Shown: positions 24,393 through 37,437 of the stretch, piece by piece
Layout of the letters: each line of letters begins with the position of its first letter
Numbering within the stretch: position 1 is the stretch's first letter
Origin: Podarcis tiliguerta
Taxonomy: Eukaryota
DNA: 64,000 nt
Reading direction: 5' to 3' (one strand)
Assembly (NCBI GenBank): GCA_965153285.1
Contig: OZ229110.1
The notes under the pieces: generated by a model
The model's database searches: none
Seen by the model: the letters and a program-made list of their open reading frames with translations, nothing else
What the model was told of the DNA's origin: nothing
Made by a program: the position numbers and the translations under genes

Positions 24393-27300
24393 CTAAGTTG
24401 AAGAATGTATGCAGATGTGACACAATTCAGATAATCTCTGGGAGCCCATATAGTCCAGAAAATTCTGCGTTTGGACATTATTCAAGGCAGTATGGCCATA
24501 TACAGGGTACCCTGCCGCATAGATTTGCATGGACAGTGCCCTCATCACTATAGCTATGTAGCCCCTTCGGCGGTGGGATGGAAGGGTGTAGCCATGTATT
24601 AGTGCACCAAGAGGGTCCATGATGCCCCAGCTGATAGGATGACCATTGCTGTCCAGGATGCAGATACTGGGGAAGCACTTCACCATGTTGTCCAGGAACC
24701 GTCGACTTTGTTCGTTGCCTCCATGGGGCCATGTTTCATTTAGGAGGTCAACATGGGAGCTTTTCAAGGTGGAAATTGTGAAGCTGGGGTCTAGCCTGGA
24801 AGAAAAGACAGACAAGAACAAAATAGACAGAGATGTTGGAAGAGCCCAGGCACCACCTTTTTGGCTCAGATCATCTAGTCCAACACATGTTAACACTGGC
24901 CAGCAACCTGAGTAAGTCGCAAGCAGGAAACCATTTTGCTTTTGCACACATGGGCTGCTTTATGGTGTCAACATAGCCATTAATAGACAAAACATCTTTA
25001 GGAAACTTTGCTGTGCCAGCCAGGAGAAGGCAGACTTGGAAAGAGTGAATGCAAGGTTTGACCATCGTATTTTGGCTATGGAGATTCTCCAACTGGAAGC
25101 ATCACAGGTTAACCAGTGCCTCAAGCAGAAAGGAAGAAAGGGGGGAGCAAGGTGGACACTTACTGGCGCTGGGGCATTTTGTCTGGGTTAGGGTTCAGGT
25201 AGGTGAAGTGGGGAGTTGCAGTCAGATGAATTTTCTTGGCGGCAGCAGCATCTTTAGAGACGTCATATATCCCATTCTGGTTCCCTGTAGAATAGTAAAA
25301 TATTCAACAATGAAGAGAAAGATATTGTGTGTGTGATTTGAGGATAGGGCAAGAAGTTTTTCAGTGCATCAGGACCACAGTAGGGGGCAAAATGTTAAAG
25401 CCCCCTACCTGTCAGATGTGCAGGTGGATGCTCGTGAGTAACCAGGCAAGACTCTGACCTTTCTTTTTCAGGTTTTATTGGTGAAAACTATTTACAGTAC
25501 ATAAAGACACATTCTAAAAGGGTGTTGAATGTCAATAAGATCAACTAAAGCCCTGGTTAAAAAGGAACGTTTTTGCCTTGTGCCTAAAGGTGTATAATGA
25601 TGGTGCCAGCGAACTTCCCTGGGGAGAGAATTCCATAGACAAGGAGCCACTACAATGAAGGCCCGTTCTCGTGTTGCGATGTGATGCCATTGCTGATTTG
25701 TGTGAATGTCACTCATGCCTAGTTTGGGCCTAAGGTGTAGTTACACCTTCTCTGCCTCTGCAGTCCTGAACAACAAGGAGCAAGGAATACTGACCATTTC
25801 CCCATCCCGCAGTCTGTATGTGGGATAGATATGATGAAAAGGGATTGGAATAGCCATAATGAGCACATGATAATTGTGGATTGGGTTGGCTTCAGTCTAA
25901 TCCAGGGTATAGCCCTAGAAATCAAATAAAAATATATTCAAATGTTACCACACTGCTTAGCTACCTTTTATTTGCCATTTAAAAATTCACAGCCAAGGTG
26001 CGAAAAGACAGTTAGAAGGGACCACATAGGTAATCTAGTCCAACTGCCTGCAACGCAGGGATCTTTTGCCCAATATGGAGCTTTGAACTCGTGACCCTGA
26101 GATTAAGAGTTTCATGCTCTACCAACTGAGCTATCCCAAGTTTATTATCTTATTTTTTCTATGCTTGACTATTGCAGTTCTCTTCTTTCTATTTCCTCGG
26201 TGTCCTGTTCACCCAGACTTCTTAATTCAGCTGCCTGTGTGGTTCCTCCCATGTTTTGGTTTACCTACATTTCCTTTTGGTTACACTCCAGTGACTTCCT
26301 TTTCGTTAAAGGATCTCTTTGAAGTGATCACATACAGTATTTCCACTCTTTAGCTCTTTCTCTTTTCTTCTTTTGCCTTCCTCTCATTTCCACTCACTGA
26401 TATTCTTCAGCTCCTGGCTAAAACTCCACGTACTCCTTGATTTCACAATTCCAGCTTTTCTCTCTCTTGCTTCACATTTCCTCCGGAAACCATCATGGCC
26501 TCCCAATATTCACATTGCTCTTTCCTTGCAAATGTTGAAGTAGCAGGTGAAAATGCCTCCCTCTTCCCAAATCTTTAAGCACTACTTTCTCTATCCTCTT
26601 CACGTTCCTTTTGAGTCCCTCCCTCCTTCTCAATGGGCTTCCGCTTTTTGACTTCATTTCTCAACAGCACTTAAGTGTGTGAGACACTTTATCAGAGGCA
26701 TCACATCTCGTTTTCGGAAGTGTCACTTTGCCACTGCCACCACCATCCACTGGCAGAGAAGAGGCACAGGTATTGGTACTGAATTTGGGTGAGAGCTTGC
26801 TGGTGGGGGTGAGATCTCACTCCACAAGATTTCGTGCAGTTTTGACAACATCTCACTGGAAATCAGCACTGGGGCAAGCGAGGGTACCACCTTCGGGCAT
26901 CCATTGCCTCACTCCGCCTGATGGCTGTGATGGTCCTGCAATTTATATTCAGTGGAGGCTGGTCTTTCAGGGTGAATGGGGCCGGCTTCATCAAGCGCTA
27001 TCTGCCCACAGCCAGCTCCTCCCACCTGCTTTTTATTTTCATCCAATCTGGGGGGGGGGCACTTCTATCAGCTTCCTCCTCCTCAGTCTCAGTTTTGCCT
27101 CTTGTAGAAGGCAAATGCTGCCTATTATGGGTTCTGGATCCACCTATGTTGGTCTCCCTGCCTTCTGCCCTACCAGTTCCAATGAGAACCAGCAACCACA
27201 GTTTACATTAATTACAGTAATATCATTTTAAAGGGGGGAGGGGACTCTCTCATCTCATAACTTTTCCCTTAGTAAGAACTGCCTTTTACCATAGAGACGA

Positions 27301-29424
27301 AAGGTTTGCTTCCAGTTGACAGCATCTGTGTCCAGCAACAGTCTCCGGTACACATCAAGATCCCAGTAAAAGGCTGCATATATGTTTTTATACAAATCTG
27401 TATTGTCTGTATCAGCCTAAAAGAGAAAGAGATGGAACTCATTAGATAGGCTCCCTGCCATGCCCTTCTCTAACCAGTTCTTCTCAGGTTGCCAACTTTA
27501 TTCTGGTAAAATTCCTGCGCTTTTAACTGCCTCCTGACACTTTATCAGATAAAGCTTTTCCTGATGTTGAGATGAAATGATGAGTGAACTTTCACCTGTG
27601 GGTCATTCCATGTCATGTCAATGCAGTCATGTCACCCACTGTCTCAGACTTTGATGAAACTTGGTGTACACCCTTCCCTTATGGTTGAAAGAAACCCCCT
27701 TAAATTTCCCCCCTCTATCTCAAATGGTTTTTGATTTTATAGCACTTCAAAGTTTTGTGAAATCTGCATTGTCTGTCCCTCTTGAGACCCTCAGCACATG
27801 TACATTTCATTTTTTTTCTCCATAACCAATGATCAGATCTCTTTGAAATCTTACACAGAGCTCAATAAGAGGATGATGATTTCAGGAAAAAAAAAAACAC
27901 CAGCACTCAAAAGATTTTATAAATGCCTTAAAAAAATTATAAATGTATTTTGTTTGCTGGAAAAACCAAGTTTAGAAAACCTCAATTTTCAGCATGTGGA
28001 GATGATGGAACTCAAAGTTTGTGATGTTGAAAATTATTGCAAATACATGCCCTTTCTCAACAAAGAATGAAATTAATGGGTTTTTTATTCCTTGTAATGA
28101 AAATTTTACGTTTTTTGGACATCGTGGGGGGTGGAAATGGCTACTGGGTACAACTTCCCTACAATACATACCTGTAATAGAAAAAAATAATGGAAGAAAG
28201 TTGTTCAACTTAAAAATTAACATAATATTGGTTATTATAAGTTTCCCCCCAAAAGTAAAGTGCATACTTGTTTTAATTTGGGGATATTTGAATATGAAGT
28301 TGTGAAAATTGGCTATCAGGAAGTAATCCCATTGAATTTTCACAATGGATTTGCATAGATCAAACACAATTGATCAAAACCACTTAAACACTAGAAAAAC
28401 TGATCATTGGTTATGGAGAAAAAATGAAATGTACATGTGCTGAGGGTCTCAAGAGGGACAGACAGTGCAGATTTCACAAAACTTTGAAGTGCTATAAAAT
28501 TAAAACCATTTGAGATAGAGGGGGAAAATTTAAGGGGGTTTCTTTCAACCATAAGGGAAGGGTGTACACCAAGTTTCATCAAAATCCAAGACAGTGGGTG
28601 ATGAAACCCTTGTTTTTTTGCACAAAATCCCCAAAGGCTACTACCTCTGTCCGTGGACGAGTCAGGACCGCTTTGCAATCTGGCCAAGAATCCACAATCA
28701 CCTCATGGCCCACTGGGTTCCCACGGTTTATGTTCACGACTGCACCATAGACCTGTCAAAAGTCATAGGATGTCAGAGTTGGTGCTGCAGTTGAAGGAGG
28801 CAGCCTGGGAGAAATGTGTGGGGTCTGGTGTGTCAGGCTTGTTTCTGCTGCATGCCTTGAGTGGGGTGTCCTGATCTGAGCAAGCACAAGGGACAGGAGA
28901 ATCTGTTGATTTCCCTTGGTGTTGCAGCTGAAAGAAGCAGCCGGAGACAAACATTTGAGGAGAGAATCGGTGGTGTGGCCCCTAATTCAGATTTTAATCT
29001 GCTGCATGAATCCCCACTGTTAGTGACTAGCCCTTGAATTGTATTATCTTGACTGAGGACTTCCTGTTTACCAGCTGATTAACAAAATCTAGGAGCCCAC
29101 AAGGCCATGTCACATATTACACATACTTCTCACGAATCATAGCTCTCTGCTGAGCATATCAACATGATACACACATTTTCAAGCACCTGCTTGTTGAACG
29201 TAAAAACTTAAGGCATGCACCTAAAAATGAAACATATAATGATGTTCTTAGATTCAAAATGTGGAGTTTTGGAAAGATCAAGAGATGTTGACAGGAGCCT
29301 GCCCCCATTCCTAGTTCTTAACCCAGATTACAAAGCTCAAGATTACCACAACTGTCTGAGGGAGGTTTCTCTTCAGCAGCTTCTCCAGCAACTGCAACTT
29401 GGATGCACAGGATAGGATCAGCAT
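24393..29424 (-). CDS. GLYATL3-like N-acyltransferase, copy C (278 aa); exons 29424-29347, 28752-28645, 27416-27290, 25284-25164, 24795-24393
   Basis: Exons of 78/108/127/121/403 nt in frame; same motifs as copy A. Confidence 0.9.
25505..25680 (-). mobile_element. L2-type LINE 3' fragment
   Basis: Translation [19 protein letters not shown] is typical of the L2 ORF2 C-terminus. Confidence 0.65.
26010..26137 (-). mobile_element. tRNA(Lys)-derived SINE with CR1-like tail
   Basis: Minus strand GGGATAGCTCAGTTGGTAGAGCATGAAACTCTTAATCTCAGGGTC...GTTCAAA followed by GTTGGACTAGATT...GGTCCCTTC. Confidence 0.75.
27600..28620. mobile_element. Non-autonomous DNA transposon with ~200-bp inverted repeats, right end truncated, in intron 2 of GLYATL copy C
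   Basis: About 27630-27836 is the reverse complement of about 28399-28601; absent from the paralogous intron of copy C'. Confidence 0.75.
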
Positions 29425-30115
29425 AGCTTGGGAGGTGAAACCGATGGGCTGGTACCAGCAGAAACAATGCCTGTGATGAGCACCTGGGAGAGAGATCAGT
29501 TCTTTGCTGCTCACCAGAATCCCCAAACTGAGAAGTCTTTTGTCATTGAAGTGGCTTGGGCAACCCAGTCAGATGGGCAGGGTACAAATAATAAAATTAT
29601 TTTTATTATTACTTATTTAACCCCTATGTCTACACCCCAGTGTCAGATGGCAACCCCCCCCCCCCGAGCTTCTAACTGTAACAGGAAACCCTCGCCTTCC
29701 TTCCAGCTCAATTCTGATAAACAAAAACCTTCTCTTGTGAACTACAGGCAAGAAGCTCTCTTATACTGCTCACCTGCTGTCCAAAACAGCAACACGGACC
29801 TTTGCAGTTGCAGTCCTCTTTCCAGCTTGGTAACTTTAGGGACTGCTATGATTAGGAGGGGGAATTTATACTAGAATGAGTGAACCATTAACATAATCGT
29901 TCCTTGCGATTGTAGCCACAGGCCTTGTGGGCTTGGATCCCACGGATGCAGAAGAATTGGCTGTGTTCCTGGATAAGAACGAGGTGGGTTTGCTTCAAAA
30001 GATTGGGAGAGAAGTGCTAGCTGCAGCTTCTTTCACCAGGATGAGTTGAAGGAAATATTGGAGGATTTGGAAAGCAAGCAAAGTCCTAGCTAAAGAAGAA
30101 TGGCAACTTAAACTA

Positions 30116-30356
30116 CAGTAGACCCTTCAGTTACATACCGCTCTGAATATGTAATCTTCGGGTTGCAAAAGCGGCAAACTTGGAAGTGTATTCTTCCAGT
30201 TTTTGCTGCTTGCGCATGCAGAAACACTCTGCACACTGGGTGTATATGCTCTATCGTGCTTTGTGCGTCCGCACAAGCGGCGCCTCTGGTTACGGATTCT
30301 TTGGGGTCTGCACGGACCACCGAAACAAATTAAATTCGTAACCAGAGGGTCCACTG
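30116..30356. mobile_element. Tc1/mariner (Tigger-like) MITE, unit 1 only
   Basis: CAGTAGACCCT...AGGGTCCACTG flanked by TA. Confidence 0.8.
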
Positions 30357-33300
30357 TAAACAGTTAATGATCACCTGAGCAATATATGATTTACTGACAG
30401 TCCCTGTCATGCTGTTCAAATGATCCGTAAAACTGATCTTGAGTATTAGCGTGCTTGTGTGTTGGCATGAAGGTTGGACTCCGAAGAGGGTTCAGTCATT
30501 GGTTTAATCATTCTGTAACAAGTCTAACAGAACTACAGGGATTATACAAATAGTTCTGTTGTCAATTACAATTAGTGAACCATTGGGGAGGGTTTTGGTA
30601 GGGACTGGGATTGAAGTAAGTTGGTTTCCCCTCCATGGCTGCAAAACTTCCAACAACTTGCTTCTCTGATAAAGATACATTTCTCTTCCATCAGCTAGAA
30701 TTGGCAGCTAGAATTGTTTCCATAACGTATTGGAAAGCAAATCTGATACTGACACTCTAAGAATATGTCAAATTTTAAATAAATCAACTTCGGGCTAGCC
30801 AGGAAAAAAACCTGTACTTGTACCAGGTTTGAAGAATATTGGGGCTACACCCAACAATTGCGAAATGACCAGCAAATTGCAATGTTGGGCTGCCTTTTTG
30901 TCTTGGAGAAATAATTCGTTCTTATGTCTGTAGGATGTATCTAAGATATTTTGTGAGGAAATATCTTTGAATGAATTGGATGGACTTGTACTTACATATC
31001 GACATAGAATGAATTATCTTAGATATTTTGTTTGGTAAATGTATATAAATAATCTGGTTGGCCATGATGAGAACAGGATGCTGGACTTGATTGACCCGAT
31101 CCAGCAGGCTCTTATGTTGTAGTTTCTATGTGAAGCATAATTAAACTAGATATCTTTATTGATCTTCCAATTTCTGGAGGGATAAATTTTAAAACGAGGT
31201 AAAGGTGAGTAATGAGAGAATTCTTATATTTATTAGGAAAGGTCTACAGAGAGTAAACTAAATGGAAAAAACAATTGGAGAGAAAAACAATGCTTTCAAC
31301 CCATGAGGATTTCTCTGAATCTTTTTTTCTTTTTTTGCAATGTTTGAATGCAATTTCTTTTATCACTAATGGAGAATGGGGAAAAAATGCAGTATAATTT
31401 TTCATTAAAGCACCAGTTCTCACTCTTGTTCTTTTCTTTGTAAGTTGCTTTGGGTTGCCCTGTGTAAGATAAAGTGACTAACAAATTTAGTAAATAATAA
31501 TAATAATTTCAAATTTAAGGAAACATAAAAATAATAAAAGACAGCTGTATGTAAGTGTTGTTCAGTGAAATAGTCACTACATTTTCCTGTAAAATGAACT
31601 CCTGCTCCAGGCTGCACCGCTAAGTTCAAGAATTTTTAATGAACCAGAATTTGACCCACAACCCGCACTCAGGTTTTAAACACAAATTCCAAACCCTGAC
31701 ACAGGATCTTAATATCCTCACACCTTCTACTGCAACCAATAGACACTTTTTTGAAGCCTAGCAGCATGGAGGATATTTTCAATAAGTTGCATTTGACGTG
31801 TGGGTGTGGGTGTGGGTGTGCAAGTGTGTGTGGGGGTGTGGTTAACGCTTCCCAGTTGTGACTCCTGAACTCATCCTTCTCTTAATGCAATTGATTTTGG
31901 AAGAAGCCAATAGAAGCTTCCTTATCTCTGAAAGCTGTTACTCAGGTCTGCTTCCAGTCTTAGGAACCATAACTATGGTTTAAAGTTATGTGTGAACCAG
32001 TTCACTGTGTACTCTACATTGATTTATCAATACTTGCCACTGATGAAGAACCGGACAAAACATATTTGGCAATTTAAACTGTTGTTTATGCACAGCAGTT
32101 TGCAATGCTATACATTTTTCTGTTTTCCAATCAACTTTGTATTTTATTATTCTGCTCAAAAGTTATATGCTATGCACAACAATATATTGAGCAAAATTTG
32201 CAATGGGTAAACTAAAGTTCCCAGGATTCTTGGTATGTGTGAATATACTTTAAATGTTGGTGTGTCTACACAGCCTGAAATTAGGGATTTATTTAACACA
32301 GGTGCAAGAAGGTGTAACAGCTCAGTGCTCAAGATAGACCAAAAACATGGTCTTATATGAGCTACTGATGCTGCACCATGCTTTCAGCTACTCTGTTGTG
32401 GTCTTCCTGTTGATAAAAGCAGATTAGGAATGAGAAACCAAAGCTGAACACCCACCCCCTGTGTGTGTCTTGTCCAGCGTGGTCTGTCTAAGGGGTACTT
32501 TGCTTTGGGGAGCGAGGGAGGGTAGTGTCATGTATATGTTATACTAAATGGTTTATTCACTCCACAGAATTATTTCTTGGGTTGCAGCCACAGGCCCAGT
32601 GGGATGTGATCCGGATGATACAGAATAATCAGCTGATTCTCCGAATGAAAGATCCGCTTAGTAATGTTACAATGCTTAACAAGGTATTTACCCTCTTTAC
32701 GTGAGGCAAGTGAATGAATGATTAAATGGATGTGGTGCTTTAGTAAATAATAATATATCTGCAGTATTGGGCAGGGGGCGACAGGCAACTCAACCAGCAT
32801 TTGCGTCACTGATACATGTCTGTCTCAAACGCATTGTAGAAGGAGCAAGTGTGATAACTCACAAACAAGCACAAGTTCACAGCCATTTGCACAGAGCATA
32901 TATTCCCCTTCAGTTCCCTATCCTTTCTCCTCCTCTTCAGGAGTCCTGCCCCATGAGTTCCCCTGAGCATGAACAGAAAGCTCCTGTCTTGGGACTATTG
33001 TGGACTCTTGGCACCCTTCCTAGGAAAGGGGGATGAGAAGCCTTGCATTCAGCGTGTTCAAGATGTGTTACAACCGAATGAGATAAGAGTCAGTTCTGTT
33101 CTTTTAGCGAGGTCAACTGCCCTGGGAAATTGTTCTATTCAGCTACCTTTGTTACAGCAGAGAAATGAGCAGATGCATAGCTAATACCTTTTAGCTGCTG
33201 AGAAAATGATTTTGAAAAGCTTTGAGAAGCTTTGAGCCTGCTTTGGGGGGGGTGACTTCGGGCCTAGGTGGGGCACCTGTCCTCACCGCCTTCAGTATGT

Positions 33301-33675
33301 GTTTGGTGAAACTGGGCACCTCTGTGGGATGGAAAAATATGACGAGCCCTGCCTAATGGTGCCTCTGTAGGTATACTTAGATCGCGATGGCATCCAAACA
33401 AGATATATTTGTGTCCAAAGTATTGGGCTCTGACTGACATTCTGTGGTACAGAATATGAGTGGGATTGTCTCAAAGAGTCTAAAAAAGACTTAAGATTGA
33501 CTTAAAAGAGACAGAAGGGAAAATGTGTTTTAGACCAACTGAATATCCATCAGGACTAGCTTTAACTGAATTCGTATCGGGTATGAAAAGTAGCCGCAAT
33601 AGTTGCTTTGCTATGTATTTCAATTTAATTTTAAATATGTCCCGAGCAGGCTACTAAATCTGGCCATGATGTTAA

Positions 33676-35082
33676 CTAACCCTGAAGTGCACAGTTCTGG
33701 GAGCGAAAGGTTGCAGTGTGCCATCCTGTGGGCTGGAGGCTTGGTGTAAAGAAAAGCGCATACTTTCTCAAGGGCAAGATGTGGAATCCTTGACGCTCCA
33801 ATGCCTGTCTGCTAGGCTGGTTGTCTGCCAAAACCCCACCAAACAGGGGGAACCCACATGCGTGCAACTTCACAGCTGTTGCCCTTGTCACAGCTGCCAC
33901 ACAGCCTTGTCCTCGGTACTGAGGGAGGGTGTAGCCATGCGCCAAACTTCCCACTGGATCACTAAGGCACCAGGAAACCAGCTGGTCTTCTTTGTCCAGG
34001 AGGCAAGCACTAGGGAAGTTGTGGATCAGGCTGTCCAGATAGCGCAGGCTCCAATCATTGCGCCCAATACTCCAGTTTTCATTGAGCAGAGCTGAATGAG
34101 AGGAATTTAGGCTGCCGAAGTGGAAGAGGCCACTTCTGTACCTGAAATGCAAAGAGAGGCAGTGATTGTCATGAGACAAAGGTTCTTGAGAGCAGAAGAA
34201 GCAGTAAGGCCTACAAGGCCTACACAATCATTCAAGCCTAAGCCTGCTAACTGTTAACAGCAAACTGCTAAGTCACTGTGACTCGTCACTCATCTTGGGT
34301 GAAGACTCATTCTCTCTGTAAAAGTAGCCAGCCTCTCTATGGGCCCTCAGTCAGAGAGCTGTATGGATTGTGTATGGAGTAGTCTGCAGAACAGTGCTGC
34401 TGTTGTTGCCATGTAAAGCTGAGGCAGACAGAGTGGCTCCAGGACTCTAGTGAATCAGTAACTAAGACTGTGCCTCTGGGTTGGGTTACAATTCACTGCT
34501 TACTGATTATGAGGAGGAATGTTTGAGAATTCTGATGAAAATAGAAGCAGAAATTGCTGGGGTTCACCTAGTCAGCCCTTTTCCAGAACAGAAAACAGTC
34601 CAATGAATACTGAATATTTGCTGTTGTTATTTTTGGTCCACAAATAATATGCACTCACTAACCGGCTCTGACAGTAGGCAGATGGGTCAGGATGCAGGAA
34701 TGTCTGGTAGACGTATGGCTTAAGATTGACACGTCTGGACTCCGCAATCTCTCTGGCAGCTTCATATAAGCCATCTTGGTGCCCTGCACACAATGAAAAT
34801 GAGATGTCAACCTGGGGGTGAGCAATTATATTTTTTAATGCTCTGTGTCTGCACCTCTCTTGCTATTGTATGATTATAGTGTTGTGTGCCAGCCCAGTCT
34901 TTGAGCGGTGCGAGATTCCAGGGGTTCCAGGCGATTACCCAGGGTTGGTGTTTCCTTTGGAATGAGGGACAGCAGAGACTGTGGTGTCTCTGTGGCATGT
35001 GGTTTATTTACACATATACACAACCTGAGCAGTATTAACACCCCATGGTCACAGCCTTCTATTCAAACAGAAATCAAACATT

Positions 35083-35128
<46 letters not shown>

Positions 35129-35990
35129 CCCCCAGCTTGCTAATGTGCTCACATCACTCTAACTCTCTGCTCTCAACTCAGCCTTTGCCCACCCATTTTC
35201 TAACTACCCACCCATTTTCCATCTCACACAGAGCCACTTCCTTGGTACCTCTCAATGTCTCATCACCTTACCAGGAAGCTAGCTTTCTATTCCAGGAATG
35301 GAATAAGTAGAGCGTGAGGAGCTTTACCTTGAAGCTGAAAGGCCTTTCCCCAGTCAATGGCTTCTGCATTTTCCAACAGTGTTCGCCAGGCATCTACATC
35401 CCAGTAGAAAGCAGTATGAAAGTTGGAGTAGCAATCCTGCTTGTCTTTCACCACCTGCAGAACGTGGCACAGTCATTTGCCTATTGACAGGACGCAGGTA
35501 GCGGGGGTTGGTTGGGTCTTATTAACGACGGAGAGCAGGAGCAAGAGAAAGGCAAAGGAGGCAGGAACAGGCCCAGCACCACCACGGAGTGCGTCTCCAA
35601 TGGCTTTCCAGCCTCAGAAGCTACTGTCTCTTGGGCTTTTTCTCACAGGTTCAGGGGACGGGTTATGGGAGAATTCTTACCTCCTTACGTGGGCGAGTAA
35701 GGACAACTTTAAACTCCGGCCAAGAGTCCACCACTACTTCGTGCCGAGCTGGATTTCTACGGTTGATGTGCATCACAGCTCCGTTGGCCTGCCAAGGAAA
35801 GGAGGGGAGTTAGCTAGAGCAAAAATCCATGTTGCTCCATGAGAAAATGGTAGGAATTGCCATTTGTTAAATTGATGGGGAAAGGGGACGGCAGTAGAGG
35901 AGCGAGAATTACCGGAAGAGCCTGGGGCAGGTGCCGTTGCAGCACAGTCTCAAGCAGCTTCAACTTGGAGGGGCAGGTCAGGATCTGCAT
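33676..35990 (-). CDS. GLYATL3-like N-acyltransferase, copy B' (299 aa); exons 35990-35913, 35788-35681, 35454-35328, 34783-34663, 34141-33676
   Basis: Exons of 78/108/127/121/466 nt in frame; paralog of copy B. Confidence 0.9.
35084..35122. repeat. (CT)n microsatellite
   Basis: About 19 perfect CT units; the unit 1 counterpart near 21078-21138 is an imperfect C/T tract. Confidence 0.9.
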
Positions 35991-37227
35991 GGCTGGCCAA
36001 AGAGGGGCTGGTGGCTACGTCAGGTTCCAGGAAAGATAGCGTGGGTGGGAAGGAAGCACTTGAAGGGGACGAAACGCAGAAAGAAATGCATCGGACCCTT
36101 ACACTCAGTGCTACCGGACAATCCACAACCAGAATGACTAGCCATTTCTCATGAAATCTCTAGTACTCAAATTACTTCACTAATTATGTCTGTAGATCAG
36201 GGATATATGGAGTTGATTCCTGTTCTGCCTGATGGCATCGACAGTGGCTGCCCCTCATTCAGACAGTCCCCAACTCCCCTTTGCAGCTCGTCAAACCATT
36301 TCCTCATTTTTCTAGCGTTGAGGCAGAGCTGAATTGGTAGGCAAGAAGATTTGGTTCCCACTTATTTAGGGGGATTAGGTTGTCCCCTTCTGAGGTCCAC
36401 AAAGACAGCTGCAGTGCTTACCTGAAGGGACACGTCTGCCTTTGAGAAGAAGGTAGCAGCCTATTGCTGGGCCACTGGCATGATATGGAATGCCATCCTT
36501 GCTGAGACAATTTATCCACTTAAGCATTTTTTAAAAAAAAAATCCTGAAGCAATAAGCCATTAACAGACTGGTGCCTTGGCCTTTTTCCCAGTGTCTCAA
36601 CAGAGAAGGAAGTTTGGCTGCAAAATGCTTTTGCTTGACTCAGATGGTCACAAGTCCAGAGAACATGAGAGATTCGGCATATACTATGACTTATGTCCAG
36701 GCTTCCTTGCGCCCTTGGCAAGGAGCTCTATCATCAACTCTGAAGCCGCCCTGCTGGGCGCTCCACCCCTCCAAGCCATAGTCGAGGGGCATGATATTGA
36801 CGCCCCCCTGGGAGCGGGGGCCAACCTAACCAATCCCTAGGTATGCCCCTGCTTACACTTGGCCAAGTCTTCTCAACCCTACACAGATCTACTTTGTTTC
36901 AAGTTCAGAGCAGGACAGCTAGGTATTCATTCACCAGGGTCCCTTTCTCATTTCACTGCAATGTGGTAATGGGATGAGCTCTGACAACATGCAAAAGTCA
37001 GGATGTCCAACATCCCCAGTGAGGTAAAAGCTCCCTTTCAATCTGTTTCAGTAAGAATCCAAGAAAATGCACTCCAAGTTATACACCAGGGGTATATATA
37101 TATATCTTCTGTCTTGGTGCCAAATTTTGATAAGTCAATCCAGAGTACACAGTGAGCTGGTTCATACATAACTTTAAACCACAGTTAAAACTCAACTATG
37201 ATTTAATGTTCACCTAAGGATGGAAGC

Positions 37228-37437
37228 TTCGATAACACTGTCCAACCATCTCGTCCTCTCTCGTCCCCTTCTCCTTGTGCCCTCCATCTTTCCCAACATC
37301 AGGGTCTTTCCCAGGAAGTGTTCTTTTCTCATGAGGTGACCAAAGTATTGGAGGCAGTGGAAGACAGGAGTGCCTGGCGTGCTCTGGTCCATGGGGTCAC
37401 GAAGAGTCGGACATGACCAAACGACTAAACAACAACA
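37228..37437 (+). mobile_element. BovB (RTE) LINE 3' fragment with a 5' inversion
   Basis: 37228-37350 on the minus strand encodes LQYFGHLMRK...KTLMLGKMEGTRRRGR...RWLD; 37351-37437 is the forward BovB tail ending (AAC)n; TSD AAGGATGGAAGC. Confidence 0.9.

Larger units (their letters stand above)
18938..32650 (+). repeat. Tandem segmental duplication, unit 1 (contains GLYATL copies B and C)
   Basis: Collinear high identity to 32659-47292; starts tagtaatg(c/t)tacaatgcttaac and ends ctccgaatgaaa. Confidence 0.9.

Noticed and set aside
26060-26137. tRNA-Lys-like sequence
   Set aside because: Degenerate arms and fused to a CR1-like tail, so it is a SINE head rather than a tRNA gene
26140-27231. 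167-aa plus-strand ORF and purine-rich, possibly gag-like remnants in intron 3 of copy C
   Set aside because: No diagnostic motif; only partly shared with unit 2; likely decayed repeat
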